Assembly (NCBI RefSeq): GCF_018977255.1
Contig: NW_024704743.1
Span: 107,324,001 to 107,388,000, forward strand
Source: Callorhinchus milii
Taxonomy: Eukaryota
Direction: 5' to 3'
DNA length: 64,000 nucleotides
The notes below the pieces were generated by a model. It ran no database searches, was not told the origin of the DNA, and saw only the letters and a list, made by a program, of their open reading frames with translations. The stretch's first letter is position 1. Each line of letters opens with the position of its first letter. The position numbers and the translations under genes are program-made. Shown here one piece after another: positions 51,625-64,000 of the stretch.

Positions 51625-54159
51625 GCAATATATTTGCTTTAATCTAAAGGTTAGGGCTGTATCACCTGGTTTCCAGAAGTGTATCAGCACAAATAATTCA
51701 ATCAACTGAAATCCATTTGGGGCATTGAATGTTGTGCTATTAACATGAAGTCAAATTGTGTGCTGTAAGTTATTCATCAGCATTAAGTATTAAGCTTTGC
51801 CCCTAACAGCAAATTACTAATTAAACCAATAATTATGGAGCAAAACAGATGAATTAGGTTAAATCATTTTGGATCCATTTTTGAGCACTAAACACATGCA
51901 ATTAGGGTTTAATATTTCCCCTCTCAGACCTTGCTCTGTATTTTTCCCAAGCATCTCGACAATCATAAGTACTTGGCTTTTGTGACAGGAATAGTGCCTT
52001 TTGATAAAACACACAGTCCAATATTCCCCAAAATATGGCTTATGCCTTGGCGTGGTTTTGAATGCCACTTTGCTTCGGTTACTACAATCGGAATTAATGT
52101 CTGACTCATTACCAAAAGGCCAAGTTGCTCATTTCCTGTTATTAGACTCTTTAATTTGCACGATTACAACTAACATTCCATTGGATGGCTTAACACCACC
52201 AGAGACACATTAGCCCTGAAAATGATTGGCAGGTTGAAGTAAATTTCTGTCTCCCTAGGCAAGACAGTTTTAAAAGTTTTCAACTCATACACTGAAATAA
52301 AGACTAAACTTACCTTAATAGAGCTGCAGACATTTCATCAGCAGCATTGTTGGGGGGGGAGAGTGAAAATGTAATGTTACAGATTCGATATAGTATTATC
52401 TAATCTGTTTAGAAGCATTGCAATTTTTGAAACCAATGCAATTTGCCCAAAACTAAACAAATAACTGTTTCATTTCCTCAATATGTTAATTAAAAGTAAA
52501 CATTTTAAACACTTTTATTCTTTTATTTATTCTTTTATTTATTCTTTTATACGTTCTTTTAATTTATTCTTTTATTTATTTTGTTATTTATTGTATTCTG
52601 TCTCTTTCATGCAATCTTTTCTTTTCTATTCTCCACTTTTTTTTACTGACTTTATTTTAGCTTTTATCTGTGCCTAACAACCAAACAAAACAGTTTTTTT
52701 CTGGGTTTTTTTCCTGAAAGAAACATTGAGACAGCTTAATAACTTCCAATAACCTGCCATCATTCACTGCTCACTGTGAGGCTTGCTCATGAATCATGGC
52801 TACTTGGTGTGAGCTTCAAGAAGGAAACTATTTCTATAAACCATCACCGACAAGGGGGTAAATTCACTAACCATCAGCGAATCACCCACTTCACTTGATA
52901 CTAGTTATTATGCACCATAGGAAGAAGGCGATCGGTGTTTGTACAAAAGAATGCCATATTTTCATAAATGATCAGCAAATTCTTTTAAGACCCATCAAGT
53001 TATGCAAACTAGAGTTAATTGGACTGTTTTGAGTTAAATGTAACATCTTATTTCTTTGATTGAATCAACCCCAAATCATGAGTTCAATTGTGTTTTTTAT
53101 TTCCCTTGTGGAAACAGTCTAATTCTCCATTAAACCGTATTGGAAAGTATGACTCAGTGCTAAGAGTGAATATTTTCCTTCACCCCATGTCTGCACTTTT
53201 CTGAATGAGTCCAGAGATTACTGACCAATAGTTCCATTCCTCTCTTATAATGTTTGTAGGCTTTTGCCTACAAAGTGATCACTCCACTTTACACTAAATC
53301 ATGTAAGCATTTAGTAACATTCTCCCGACAACGTGAAAGGCGTGAAATATCAAATGCAAGGATTATTTATCTTATTATTACTATTCCGCAAACGGTGGTT
53401 TAAATTTAAAGCCTAGTGGTTTCGAAGATGGAACAGAAAAGATCATTTGAGTATATAAGCCCTATCTTTCCTTTTTTTTCATTTATTTTATAAAATTGTT
53501 TTTCTGGATAGATTTCCGGGGTTAAAGAAAGAAAAAAAAATGTGGTTACTCAATCCGCAACTGTTTGTGGGTCACTGCTGTGCGTAATTGGCCACATTTC
53601 ACCCACAACATGAACTTTAGAATATATTTTATGAAGCGCTTTGAGACATTTCAATGTCATGATAAGATTCTACATCAAATGCAAGGATTATTATTATTAT
53701 CATCTCTTTTTAAGACCACAAAGATCTTAACTTATAATAAAAGCATAGACATTTCCATTTCATTCAATCTATCTTATCTGTGTCACAGCTCAGTTTCTAT
53801 AAGTTTCGCTTTCTATAAGTTTTCCTTTTCCAATTATTTTCCTATCTCTTTAAAGTTAGCAGGTTACATATCATGGGGAAAAGTTCCTCACAGATACAAA
53901 TAATAATACTTGCATATGATATAGCGCTTTTCATATCGAGAGGATTCCTCAAAGCACAGTGACATTGAGACATCCTCTCGATATGTGAAGTGTATACTAT
54001 TAACTCATAACCTTCTGATCCAGAAGTGAGAGCGCTACCAGATAGGAAAGGCTACAATAAGCAAATCTTCTTGTCTTCCTATTAGGCTGACACCTATACC
54101 CCTTGAATCCCACAGTTAGTCCAGCAAAATTTCAGAATGTTTATTTATCCTGTTTATTT

Positions 54160-54715
54160 ATCCCTCCAAAAACCAAAAACAATAATTAAATTGGTCATTT
54201 TCAATCTACGACTGTTTGTGGGACATTGCTGTGCGCAATTGGCTGCCACGTTCGCCCACAAATATACAGTCAATTCACTTTACAGTGTGTTCTGTGAAGC
54301 GCTTTGGGACGTCCTCCCGATGTGAAAAGCGCTATATCAAATGCAAGGATTATTATTATTATTATTATTATAGTGGTTAGCACACTCAACTCACAAGCGA
54401 GAGGACCCGGGTTCGATTCCCGGGTTAGGTGAAACATTAGGCAAGTTTCCTTACTCCATATGCCTCCAGCAGTAATTAGGAACCTGGTTGTTAGTCGATT
54501 TGTGGATTGCTTTCCGGGGGTAATAAACCCTCCAAAAAATAAATAAATAAATTTGGTCACTCAATTCACGACTGTTGTGGATCACTGCTATGCGCAACTG
54601 GCTGCTGTGTTTCGCCCACAAAATATAACTTTACACTACATTCTGTGAAGTGCTTTGAGATATCTCAATGACATGATAAGGTGCTATATCAAGTAAAAGG
54701 ATTATTATTATTATC
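54160..54715 (+). mobile_element. Two tandem SINEs: headless short-type 54160-54371, then long-type 54371-54715
   Basis: First copy ends in (TAT)n and abuts TAGTGGTTAGCAC...GGGTTCGATTCC of the second. Confidence 0.9.
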
Positions 54716-57289
54716 ATCATATGTTTGGTCGATGTGATATTTTTCACCAGTGCTAATATTACATGTTGCACTTTTCTTTCCCTCCTAATCTCCTATTTAC
54801 TCATTAATCTTCTAGCTTTGCCCCAATGGTGAAAGTAAAATAGCTGCTTAAATCTACATTGTCTCTGTCTGTCAGTACTTTAAAGACTTGGAGCTGGGAG
54901 CTTTCTTATCTGCTGTGTGATTTCACTTGGGTAGTTTTGTCAGATAGTGGCAAACTGTAAGTCCTTTTGGAGCAAATATTTATAGCGATACTCCAGAAAG
55001 ACATCTTAGGTATATTATAAACCTTTTTAGGTGTCACTATACCTAACTTTATCATCCAGTTCATGCATGTGATACATAACATAGCTTGAATTCATAGCTG
55101 GAACTATAATTTTACTGCATAAAAATTACATTTTAAAAAAGCTTTTATGGTTAAAGCACAAGATTGCATTGAGGTAGAAGTGTGCATTTATGACTAACAG
55201 TTCAAATTTTTCACATTCAATAATGCTTTGGGAGAGGGAAGTTAAAAAAACAGATTGACTGTTTAAAAACGTAGTTCAGGTCAAAAGAAATGTGTTCACC
55301 GAGACTCATTTTAACATTTCTGAAGCCACAATGCCTACTTACAGTCATCCTGTATTCATGATCACCTTGGTTAATTCATGTTTCAAAACCAAGCGATTCT
55401 AAGTATGAAAATGAAAGACACTACAGCTCAGTTATGAAACGTGTTTAAGTATTATTAAGCGCAGATTTATACATTTCACGTGTGACTGACATGTTTGAAA
55501 TTGCGGTGGAAAAATATGCAAATCGGAATCGAGTAACAATTCATCATCATGGTGTAGAGTCTGACACCGCCTGTCACAGGGGAAGTTAATGCGGGCAGGT
55601 ACTTTCTATTGCCTTCAAATAAAAGGACACGATTTAATTTGAATGCATCTTTCAACCAAACAATATTAAACTGAATTAAAATTAAATTAATTTGAGCTTC
55701 ATTGTGCAAAACGCCTTGTTGGCTGCATTACGTCTCTTGCACCAAGCAAAATACTTTTTCACAAAGCAAGCCTTGCTATTTATCCACATGGTTCATAACT
55801 AATGTCTTGCATATGCAACACCCAGCGTATTGGATTGTTGAATATATTTGTATCCACTTGAGATCAAGATTTTTCCTGAGACCTTATCAACTGTTACTTG
55901 GTGCTTTGCCAAGTGGTGTACACTCAATAATCACAAGCGTCATCTAATTTGAATTACAATTCAGATTTATAATTCCCCGGTGAATCAGCATGGTAATCAA
56001 GTGAGCAGTTGACCAATACAGACAGGGTTAGCGTTGAATTCAATCCCTGGTCCTTCAAATATCTGATTCAGTCAGAGCCCTGTGACCACATTATGGAAGG
56101 AAATATCAACTAGAGTTCCCACTTCTGATTACTATCACAAGTTCACAAGAGGTGTATTGACAAAGAAAGTCTTTTGGCCTATTTCATCTCAATCTTATAT
56201 CGCCTAAAGGAGCTACACCAAATGTTAGGATTATTGTTATTATAGGATTAATAAGTGCTCTGAGTCACTACCCTATGTGGAGGGTGCTATATAAGTGCAT
56301 GTTTTTGTTGTATTACTGCTGGTGGACACTCTGGTTACCTTTTTAGCATGTGTATTGGGTCTATTAGGTGGTAGATTGCAGTGAAATTTCATGCAGGTTA
56401 TTATGCAAGTGTCATTAACAAAATAGTAACCCTATTATTGTTCCATATTAGGTAAATCTCAACACATCAGATCTGAACCATCATTTTTGCAAAGTCCTTC
56501 AAGTAGGAGTTTAGATAGCATTGTTTCATCTAACCCGAGGATATTGAAAGGCACAATGGGACCATAAGTGCGCACAACGTCACTTAACCAAAGGATAATG
56601 AAGCATTCAGAGACAGTGTTCTTCCAAGCTGAAAAACAGAGAGATACATATATAAAATCCAAAGCTAATGGCAGGACTATGTCTGATCTAGACCTCTCCC
56701 TATGCATATATTGGGAGCCAAACTAACACCTCGCTATCTCCTATTATATTTTTCTCCAGTTTTTTTCTTTATTTTTTTCATGATACTAATCCTGGCATTT
56801 GATATAGTGCCTTTCACGCCAGGAGGATATCTCAAAGACTAGTGACTGTATATTTTGTATATGAATGTGGCAGCCAATTTTTCACACATCAATGCACTAC
56901 AAACAGCCATAATGACTGATGTTATCTGAGGGATCATTTCTTTTGTTCATTTTCAATTTTAATTTCCCTCATAGTTCATGGGACGTTGGTGGTTCCTATT
57001 AATTTGTATATTAAAACATAATTTATTTACAGATAATTAACCTGTTTTTATTGCGTTATTTACTATGGTTCAATCTGTCCTGTGGATCTAAAGGGATCGA
57101 TGTGTCATTTCAAAGAAATGAGTAGTTGTTCTCCCAGTTATCTGGGTTTTTATGCCTTTCCAAATCCAAATTCTACCCACAATTTCAAATTAACTAGGGC
57201 ACAGACTCACTGAACTTGTGCACAATCTAGGTGTCAGGTTCGATCTCCTGCTGTCCTTCCTACCCCACATTGGGTTCCTGACAAGAACT

Positions 57290-57865
57290 GCTTTCCCGCA
57301 CCTCTATCACATCACCCTCTTTCACGTGCAATACAGCTAAAACCCTTACCCTTATTCGAATATTCGTCACCTCTCGCCTCAATTTTTCCAGTGCCCTCCT
57401 CGCAGGTCTGCCCAGCTCCATCAGCCATAACATCCAACTGATTCAAAACTCTGTCGCCCATATTCTCACCAGCACCAAACTCCATCCACCCATCACCCAG
57501 TGCTTGCCAGGCTCCACTAGCTCACTATTGAAGAGCATATCGATTTTAAGATCCTCACACTTACTTACAAACCAATTCACACCCTAGTATCTCCCTACCT
57601 CTCTGACCTGCTTACACCCCACTCCACTACCCTTCACTCAGCTGGCTTCAACCTTCTGCACCACCCTCAGGCCCTCCCCTCCACCATCAGCAGCCATGCT
57701 TTCAGCCACTATGCGCTGAAACCCTTGAATTCTCTGGCACAAATCCTCTGTCTTTCCCCCTCCTTACCTGTCTTCAGATGCCATCTGAAGATGCCATGCC
57801 TAGAGTCACCTCCTGTCTCTTCCTGGCTTGGTGGCAAGTTCTACCACAGCTAAGCACTCAGAGCT
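57290..57865 (+). mobile_element. Decayed L2 3' end
   Basis: FVTSRL.FSSALLAGLP...IQLIQNS.A.ILT...IDFKIL; homologous to 2059-2606. Confidence 0.85.
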
Positions 57866-57904
57866 GCTATCCGTATGAATCAGAGAAACATAAAATCATA
57901 GAAT

Positions 57905-58230
57905 TATAATAATAATAATAGTAATCCTTGCATTTGATATAGCGCTTTTCACATCGGGAGGACGTCCCAAAGCGCTTCACAGAACACACTGTAAAGTGAA
58001 TTGACTGTATATTTGTGGGCGAACGTGGCAGCCAATTGCGCACAGCAATGTCCCACAAACAGTCGTAGATTGAAAATGACCAATTTAATTATTGTTTTTG
58101 GTTTTTGGAGGGATTATTATTAGACATGTGGAGTAAGGAAACTTGCCCAAGGTTTCGCCCTGCCTGGAATTGAACTCAGGTCTCTCACTTGCAAAGCGAG
58201 TGCTCTAACCACTAAGCTACAGGACTCCAC
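57905..58230 (-). mobile_element. Full-length SINE inserted in a CR1 3' tail
   Basis: Complete head, body and tail; CR1 tail sequence to the left (about 57877-57904) and CR1 body to the right. Confidence 0.92.
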
Positions 58231-58640
58231 AATATACAGCACCAAATGAGGCCATTCAGCCCATCCTGTCCATGCCGGCTCTTTGAAAGAGTTGTCCAAA
58301 TTAATCCCACTACCCCGCTCTCTCCCCATAGCCCTGGGACGTCCTCCTGACGTGAAAGGCGCTTTATAAATGGAATCTTGTTGTTGTTGTTGTTGTTGTT
58401 GCAAATTTGTCCTCCTCAAATATCTATCTACTCCTCTCTTGAAAGCTGTTATCAAACCGGCTTCCACCACCCATTCTGACAATTCATTCCAGATCCGAAC
58501 AACTTTCTTTGTGAAAACATTTCTCCTCACCTCCCCTCTGTTTTTTTTGGCAACTATTTTAAATCTGTGTCCTTTGGTTACTGATCCACTCGCCAGTGGA
58601 AAAATGTTTTCCTTGTTCATCCTACTGGATCCCTTCATAA
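58231..58640 (-). mobile_element. CR1 3' end with a short L2 tail inserted at about 58335-58401
   Basis: TKGHRFK...F.KKVVRIWN.L; insert GGGACGTCCTCCTGACGTGAAAGGCGCTTTATAAA plus (TGT)n. Confidence 0.88.
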
Positions 58641-59099
58641 AGATGCTATATAAATGCAAGTCATTGTTGTTGTTGTAATTGGCTGCTCATATCACTACTG
58701 TTTATAGGACTTGGATGGCACAGATTAGCTGCAGTGTTTTCCTAGATCAGAACATATGCATATTCTAATCAATTGTATTTTGTAAAACGCTCATTTTTAT
58801 GTGAAAGATAACAAATAAATGCAAGTTATTATTTTTATCATTTATATCCCACAACTCAATCAGATTTCTCACGATGTTATATGCGTCATGAAATTTTGTT
58901 ACCGAAGGTAACACTTGTACAGTAATCTAGAAAACATCTCATTTTTATATGCAGAGCTATAAATATTTAGTTACAACTTGGACGTTTGGATTCAGAATGT
59001 TTTTTTCAACAGGGCTACAGTGTAAAAAAAAAGTTAGGAAGAAGATTTAATTAAATTGGCTTCTACCCTGAGGACTGGAGCATAGCAAATGTTATCCCT

Positions 59100-59350
59100 G
59101 AAATGCCAGACTAGCTAGCCTAACATCTGTAGTGGGGAAAATTCTTAAGCGCATTATATAGGATTCTGTCAGTGTTCATCTGAAGAGCTCAGATGCTACT
59201 AGGAAGTCAACAACATGGATTTAGTAGCAATAGGTCATGCCTCACAAATCTACTGGTATTCTTCAAGGGAGTAACTAAACGAGAGGATGAGGGCTATCCA
59301 GGGGATACAATTTACTTGGATTTTCAAAAGTATTTGATAAAGTACTACAT
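59100..59350 (+). mobile_element. CR1 RT fragment
   Basis: QQHGF...RSCLTNLL.FF..VT...D.G...D.IYLDFQK. Confidence 0.85.
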
Positions 59351-59609
59351 GAGAACATGGAATTATATAGGACCAGAAAAGATCATTGCTGTCCATCTGG
59401 TTAGTCCCAAAGTAAAATAAAAAATCCTATGCTATTCCATCTCTGATACCCTTTAATCAATTACTTTGCCAAGCAACAATCTACTGTAATTCCCCCCTTG
59501 AATTTGCTGACGTCTTCGAATTTTTTGAAGGAAGTTGAAGCTTATTGAATTAATAGTAAATTAGGTAACTGGGAGTAGGACTGGTTTAGCAATTTGAAGC
59601 TGAAGGTAA

Positions 59610-60790
59610 TAATTATCATTGCATTTGATATATCAGGTCATAAAAATGCTTCACAGAACTTTACTGTAAAGTGCAGTGGCTATGCAGTTGCAAGCAAACG
59701 CAGGAACCAATTTGTGCACAGCAATGAAGTGAATCACCAATTTTATATGGGTGATTGTTGGCCAAGACACTGAGAGAAATTCCCTTCTCTTTTATTGACA
59801 AGGGCCATCGGATCTTTAAAGTCCACCTGAACAGGCAGATAGACCTTACTTTAATGTAACATCTGAAGGACGGTACCTCTGACAGTACAGTGCTCTCCCA
59901 GCCTAGAGTTTCAGCCTATGCTATGAGCTCAAAATTCAAATGACTGGCTTGAATTCATAGCCCTCTAAGGTGAGAGTGTAAGAACTGAACCAGGCTGACA
60001 GTTAAATAATAATATTAATCCTTGCATTTGATATAGTGCCTTATCAGGTATTCGAGACATCTCAAATTGCTTCACAGAATATGCTGTAAAGTGAATTGAC
60101 GCTATATTTTGTGGGCGAAATGCAGCAGGCAATTGCGCACAGCAGCGTCCCACAAACAGTCCTGGACTGAGTGACCAAATTATTATTTTATATTCATTTC
60201 TTTTTTGAAGGGGCTATTACCCCCGGAAAAGTGATCCGCCAATCGACTAACAACCGAGTTCCTACTTACTGTTAGGAATTGGAAAATATATCTGCTGGGG
60301 GGTCAGTGAGTGGTGAGGTTCTGTGGAGGTTTCTCCTGGGATCCCTGATGTTTAAACTATTCATAAATAGAGTAGAGCAACCCCGCCTCATCTCGTTCAG
60401 CTCCTAATTTCAGCTCTGATACCCACCCAGATATGTGAAGCACTTTGGGACGACCTCATGATGTGAAAAGCATTATATGTAGCTCAGTGGTTAGAGCACT
60501 CGCCTCACAAACGAGAGACCTCGGTTCGATTCCCGGTAGGGCGAAATCTTGGGCAAGTTACCTTACTCCACATGCCCGATAATAATCTCTCAAGAAATAA
60601 AAAATAAAAATAAAATGCTCATTTACTCATTCAACTTACGACTATTTGTGGGACACTGCTGTGCACAACTGGCTGCCGCGTTTTGCCCACAAATATACAG
60701 TCAGTTCACTTTACAGTGTATTCTGTGAAGTGCTTTGAGTCTCGAAGACATGAAAATCGCTATATCAAATGCAAGCATTATTATTATTAT
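59610..60790. mobile_element. SINE cluster: Deu SINE 59610-60000 (-), long-type SINE 60007-60273 (-), short-type SINE 60478-60790 (+)
   Basis: Shared Deu, head and tail motifs as in the copies above. Confidence 0.85.
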
Positions 60791-61316
60791 AAGTGTAAAT
60801 TGTATTGTATTGCAATCTTCCTGTGAGTATCCTGGAATACACATTATGTGCAAATTTAGGTTACCAGTCAGAAGTGTGAAGCGCTTATTAATCTTCTAAT
60901 AAGCAATTCTGAAGGTTATAAGCAGATATAATAAACAAAATGTAGCCAACAGGAAGGAAACACAATGGAAACAGCAGGTGAGACAGCCATGTTTTATTAG
61001 GTTGGATTTTTTTAAAAAAAATGTATTTCCTTATATGTAAATTTGTTGTAATTCATTTGAATTATAGTTTTTTGTGTTTTAAATTTGTTTCAAAGTTAAA
61101 ACTTTTTGTTTTTATTTTTGTTTTGTCATAAATAATCAGTATTACTGTTTCCCGCGATGCTTTTGGCCACCTTTCCTCCCCCCCCAACCCCTTCCCTCAG
61201 CTCTTGCTAATCCTCCAGCTTGGGCTACCAGTTGGCTCTGTGGAAGGTTTTGAGACATCCTTGAAGTGTGAGAGATGCTATAAAAATATAAAATTATTAT
61301 TGTTGTACACACTGCA

Positions 61317-61682
61317 ATAATAATAATTTTTTGATTTGATATAGTGCCTTATCACGTTTTCAAGTCATCTCAAAAGAACTTTACAGAATATACTGTAAGG
61401 TGAATTGACTGTATATTTTGTGGGCAAAATGCGGCAACCAATTGCACGCAGCAGTGTCGCATGAACAGTTGTAGATTGAGTGACCAAACTTTTTAAAATT
61501 TGAAGGGATTATTATCCCAGAAAAGCAATCCGCCAATCAATTAACAACTGGATTCCTACTTACTGCTAGATAAACACAGGTGTGTGGAGTAAGGAAACTT
61601 GCCTAATGTTTCGCCCTGCCTGGGAATCGAACCCGGGTTGTGTTGCTTGCGAGGCGAATGTTACAGGACTATACAAGTCCAC
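61317..61682 (-). mobile_element. Full-length long-type SINE
   Basis: Head with B box GGGTTCGATTCC, central CTGTGTTTATCTAGCAGTAAGTAGG segment, shared tail. Confidence 0.88.
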
Positions 61683-62449
61683 AATGCATTTTAGGGTTGA
61701 GAAATTCCCATGCTGAGAAATCCAGCCACTTTGATGATGTGTGCTTACAATGGGATTTTCAAAATATAACTCAAAGTCAAAGTCACTGGACACAGAGGCA
61801 AGAGGAATTTCATCCTATAAATGCCACTGAACTGAAACTGCAAAGATTAGCCTCTCCAGTCCTTGCTACCATGTTTAATGCAAAAGGTCAATAAAGAATT
61901 CCTGCAGCACCCAATAAAAATAAACTCACACAGAAACTCAGCGCGAGTGGATGATTTGAATGTTGAATGTAAATATTATTTCACAAAAAGGGTGCTGCTT
62001 TTAAACAGCACTTGTGTGATATGTTCTCTGGGTCAATTCAATGTTAAATGTTTTGAATAAGCCTGGCTTTGGGGGCATTTACTCAATTTGTATCCTGCTT
62101 CCAAAATCAACTCCAGGAGGTGATTTTGGCTGCAATTTGTTGCTGGTGGCTTTCATGTAAATTAAGTTTTACTGCGGCTGATTCCAACTAGATATTTCAA
62201 TTCAAAAATATTGTAACTTTAAATATTCTTACAGACTTCACTGGGGATGAAAATATATTTCCAACTAGAAGTCATTGCTTTAAAGAAAACTTCTGGTTTG
62301 TGAATGCAATTGTTGAATTTGCTCTGAAATTTGGTAAACATCTGTAGATGGGGGGGAAGGGGGGTGAAGGATGGCAAAGGCTATTTTGCAGCCTTTGTTT
62401 TGCCTTCTAAGCTTTTCCCCAGAGAAAGTAATTTCTCCCATTTTTCTGG

Positions 62450-64000
62450 CCAACAATCCACCAATAAAATTGGTCATTCACTTCATAGTTGTTTGTGGGA
62501 CATTGCAGGACGCAAATTGGCCCTGCAATAAGATGTCCTCAAGACGTGAAAAACATTATATCGATAATAATAATCCTTGCATTTGATATAGAGTCTTATC
62601 GTGTCTTTGAGACATCTCAAAGTGTTTCACAAAATATCCTGTAATGTGTATTTTGTGGACAAAATGCGGCAGGCAATTGCACACAGCAGTTTCCCACAAA
62701 CATTTGTGCTCATTCTAAGATTTCTACCTTTGGTCCCAAGTAGTTCTTCTATGGATAATTTCAGGACACACATGTGCCTTACAGTATTTCAGTAGCAGTG
62801 CAACTTCAAGTACAGCAAGTCACTCCGCAGGCTGAAGAAAAATAATGGCCTTATCTTCTCAGGTTATCTAAACCTATCCAAAATGCAACCTAACATGTGT
62901 CTGTTTGACTCAGTTACTCGAACTCTCTCATCGGGGCAGTAGGTCGTGGATTCTAACCCCACAAGGGGATTTAAGATCATGATCTGTGCTGTTGCTCCTG
63001 TAGAGCATTAGGAGAAAGCTGTGTGGTTGGAGGTGGTTTCTTTCAGTTAAAATTTATAGCTGCTCTCTTGCTCGGGTGGTCACTAACATTCCCATGGAAC
63101 CGGTTTGAAACAGTGCTGCGAGGTTTCCTTGTGTCTGATCAATATTCTTCCCTCATTTCAAAGTAAGTGAGTTATGGCCCGTTAACTGGTGTAGGTTAGA
63201 TCTTCTGTTTAACTACATATAAATAGTTACTACACTTCAAAGTAACTCACATGAGCGATAAAGCTCCTTGAGGACTTTCAATGTGGTAAGATTGTGCTAT
63301 ATCACATCAATTAACACAACCCCTACCTGTTCTTCCTGTGGGAAGCTCATCATTTAACTTCACATCATATACAATTTCCTGGGTATCATTCAACAGCAGT
63401 AAAGAAGCAAATATTTGCAAAATACATTGCATGTTAAAAACATAAAATGGTTCCAAAAAGTATAGTTAGAGATGAAGCATTGCTATATAATAATAATCCT
63501 CACATTTTGATATAGAGCTTTATTACTTGTCGAGATGTCTCAAGATGGCAGACAATTTGCACACAGCGATGTTGCATAAACAGCTATGAAGTGAATGATC
63601 AATTTTTCCAGGGGTTTGTTGGCTAGGACATTGGGAGGAACTCCCCTCTCTTTTCAACTGGTGCCATGATTCATGAAGCATAGTGGTTAGAGCACTTGTC
63701 TCGCAAGTGAGAAGACCTTGGTTCAATTCTTGGGCAGGGCAAAATCTTAGGCAAGTTTCCTTACTCCACACACCTGTTTACCTAGCAGTATGTAGGAATA
63801 ATAATCATCCTTGCATTTGATATTGCTCTTTTCACATCTTGTAGACGTCTCAAAACGCTTCACAGAATAGACATAAAGTGAATTGACTATACATTTGTGG
63901 GTGAAACGCGGCAGCCAATTGCGCACAGAAGTGTCCCACGAACAGTTGTGGACTGAAGTGATCAATGTATTGTTTTTTTTCTTGAGGGATTATTATCAGG
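62450..64000. mobile_element. SINE cluster: tail-to-tail pair 62450-62705, old Deu SINE 62890-63305 (+), Deu fragment 63490-63675 (-), SINE head 63678-63800 (+), SINE 63798-64000 (-)
   Basis: Shared SINE motifs. Confidence 0.8.

Noticed and set aside
1..64000. CRISPR array, operon or other prokaryote-type system
   Set aside because: Recurrent sequences are dispersed SINEs in both orientations, not regularly spaced direct repeats; no long intact ORFs.

Overview
Vertebrate, repeat-rich, almost entirely non-coding window. The repeat content (Deu-domain SINEs, L2 and CR1 LINEs, a Penelope-type end) suggests a cartilaginous fish; that assignment is an inference. The only supportable host coding sequence is the first coding exon of TOX (16095-16196, minus strand, MDVRFYP...PCLDPYYCNK, phase-0 GT donor). 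Bases 1-16094 are therefore TOX intron 1 (exon 2 was not found), about 16.2-17 kb is a microsatellite- and CpG-rich 5'UTR/promoter, and 17-64 kb is upstream intergenic DNA filled with decayed retroelements and a few DNA-transposon remnants. Most ORFs in the supplied track are spurious or are LINE fragments. I found no novel multi-gene system. The best leads are: a hammerhead-ribozyme motif in a short Penelope-like element (51588-51624, minus); a 193-bp identical inverted SINE pair (54160-54352 / 57922-58114); upstream AUGs in the TOX leader; a fossil Harbinger transposase with candidate MITEs; two isolated hairpins; and repeat-poor, motif-rich candidate enhancers. Repeat boundaries were read by eye and are approximate, and family names come from recalled consensus sequences, not from a search.
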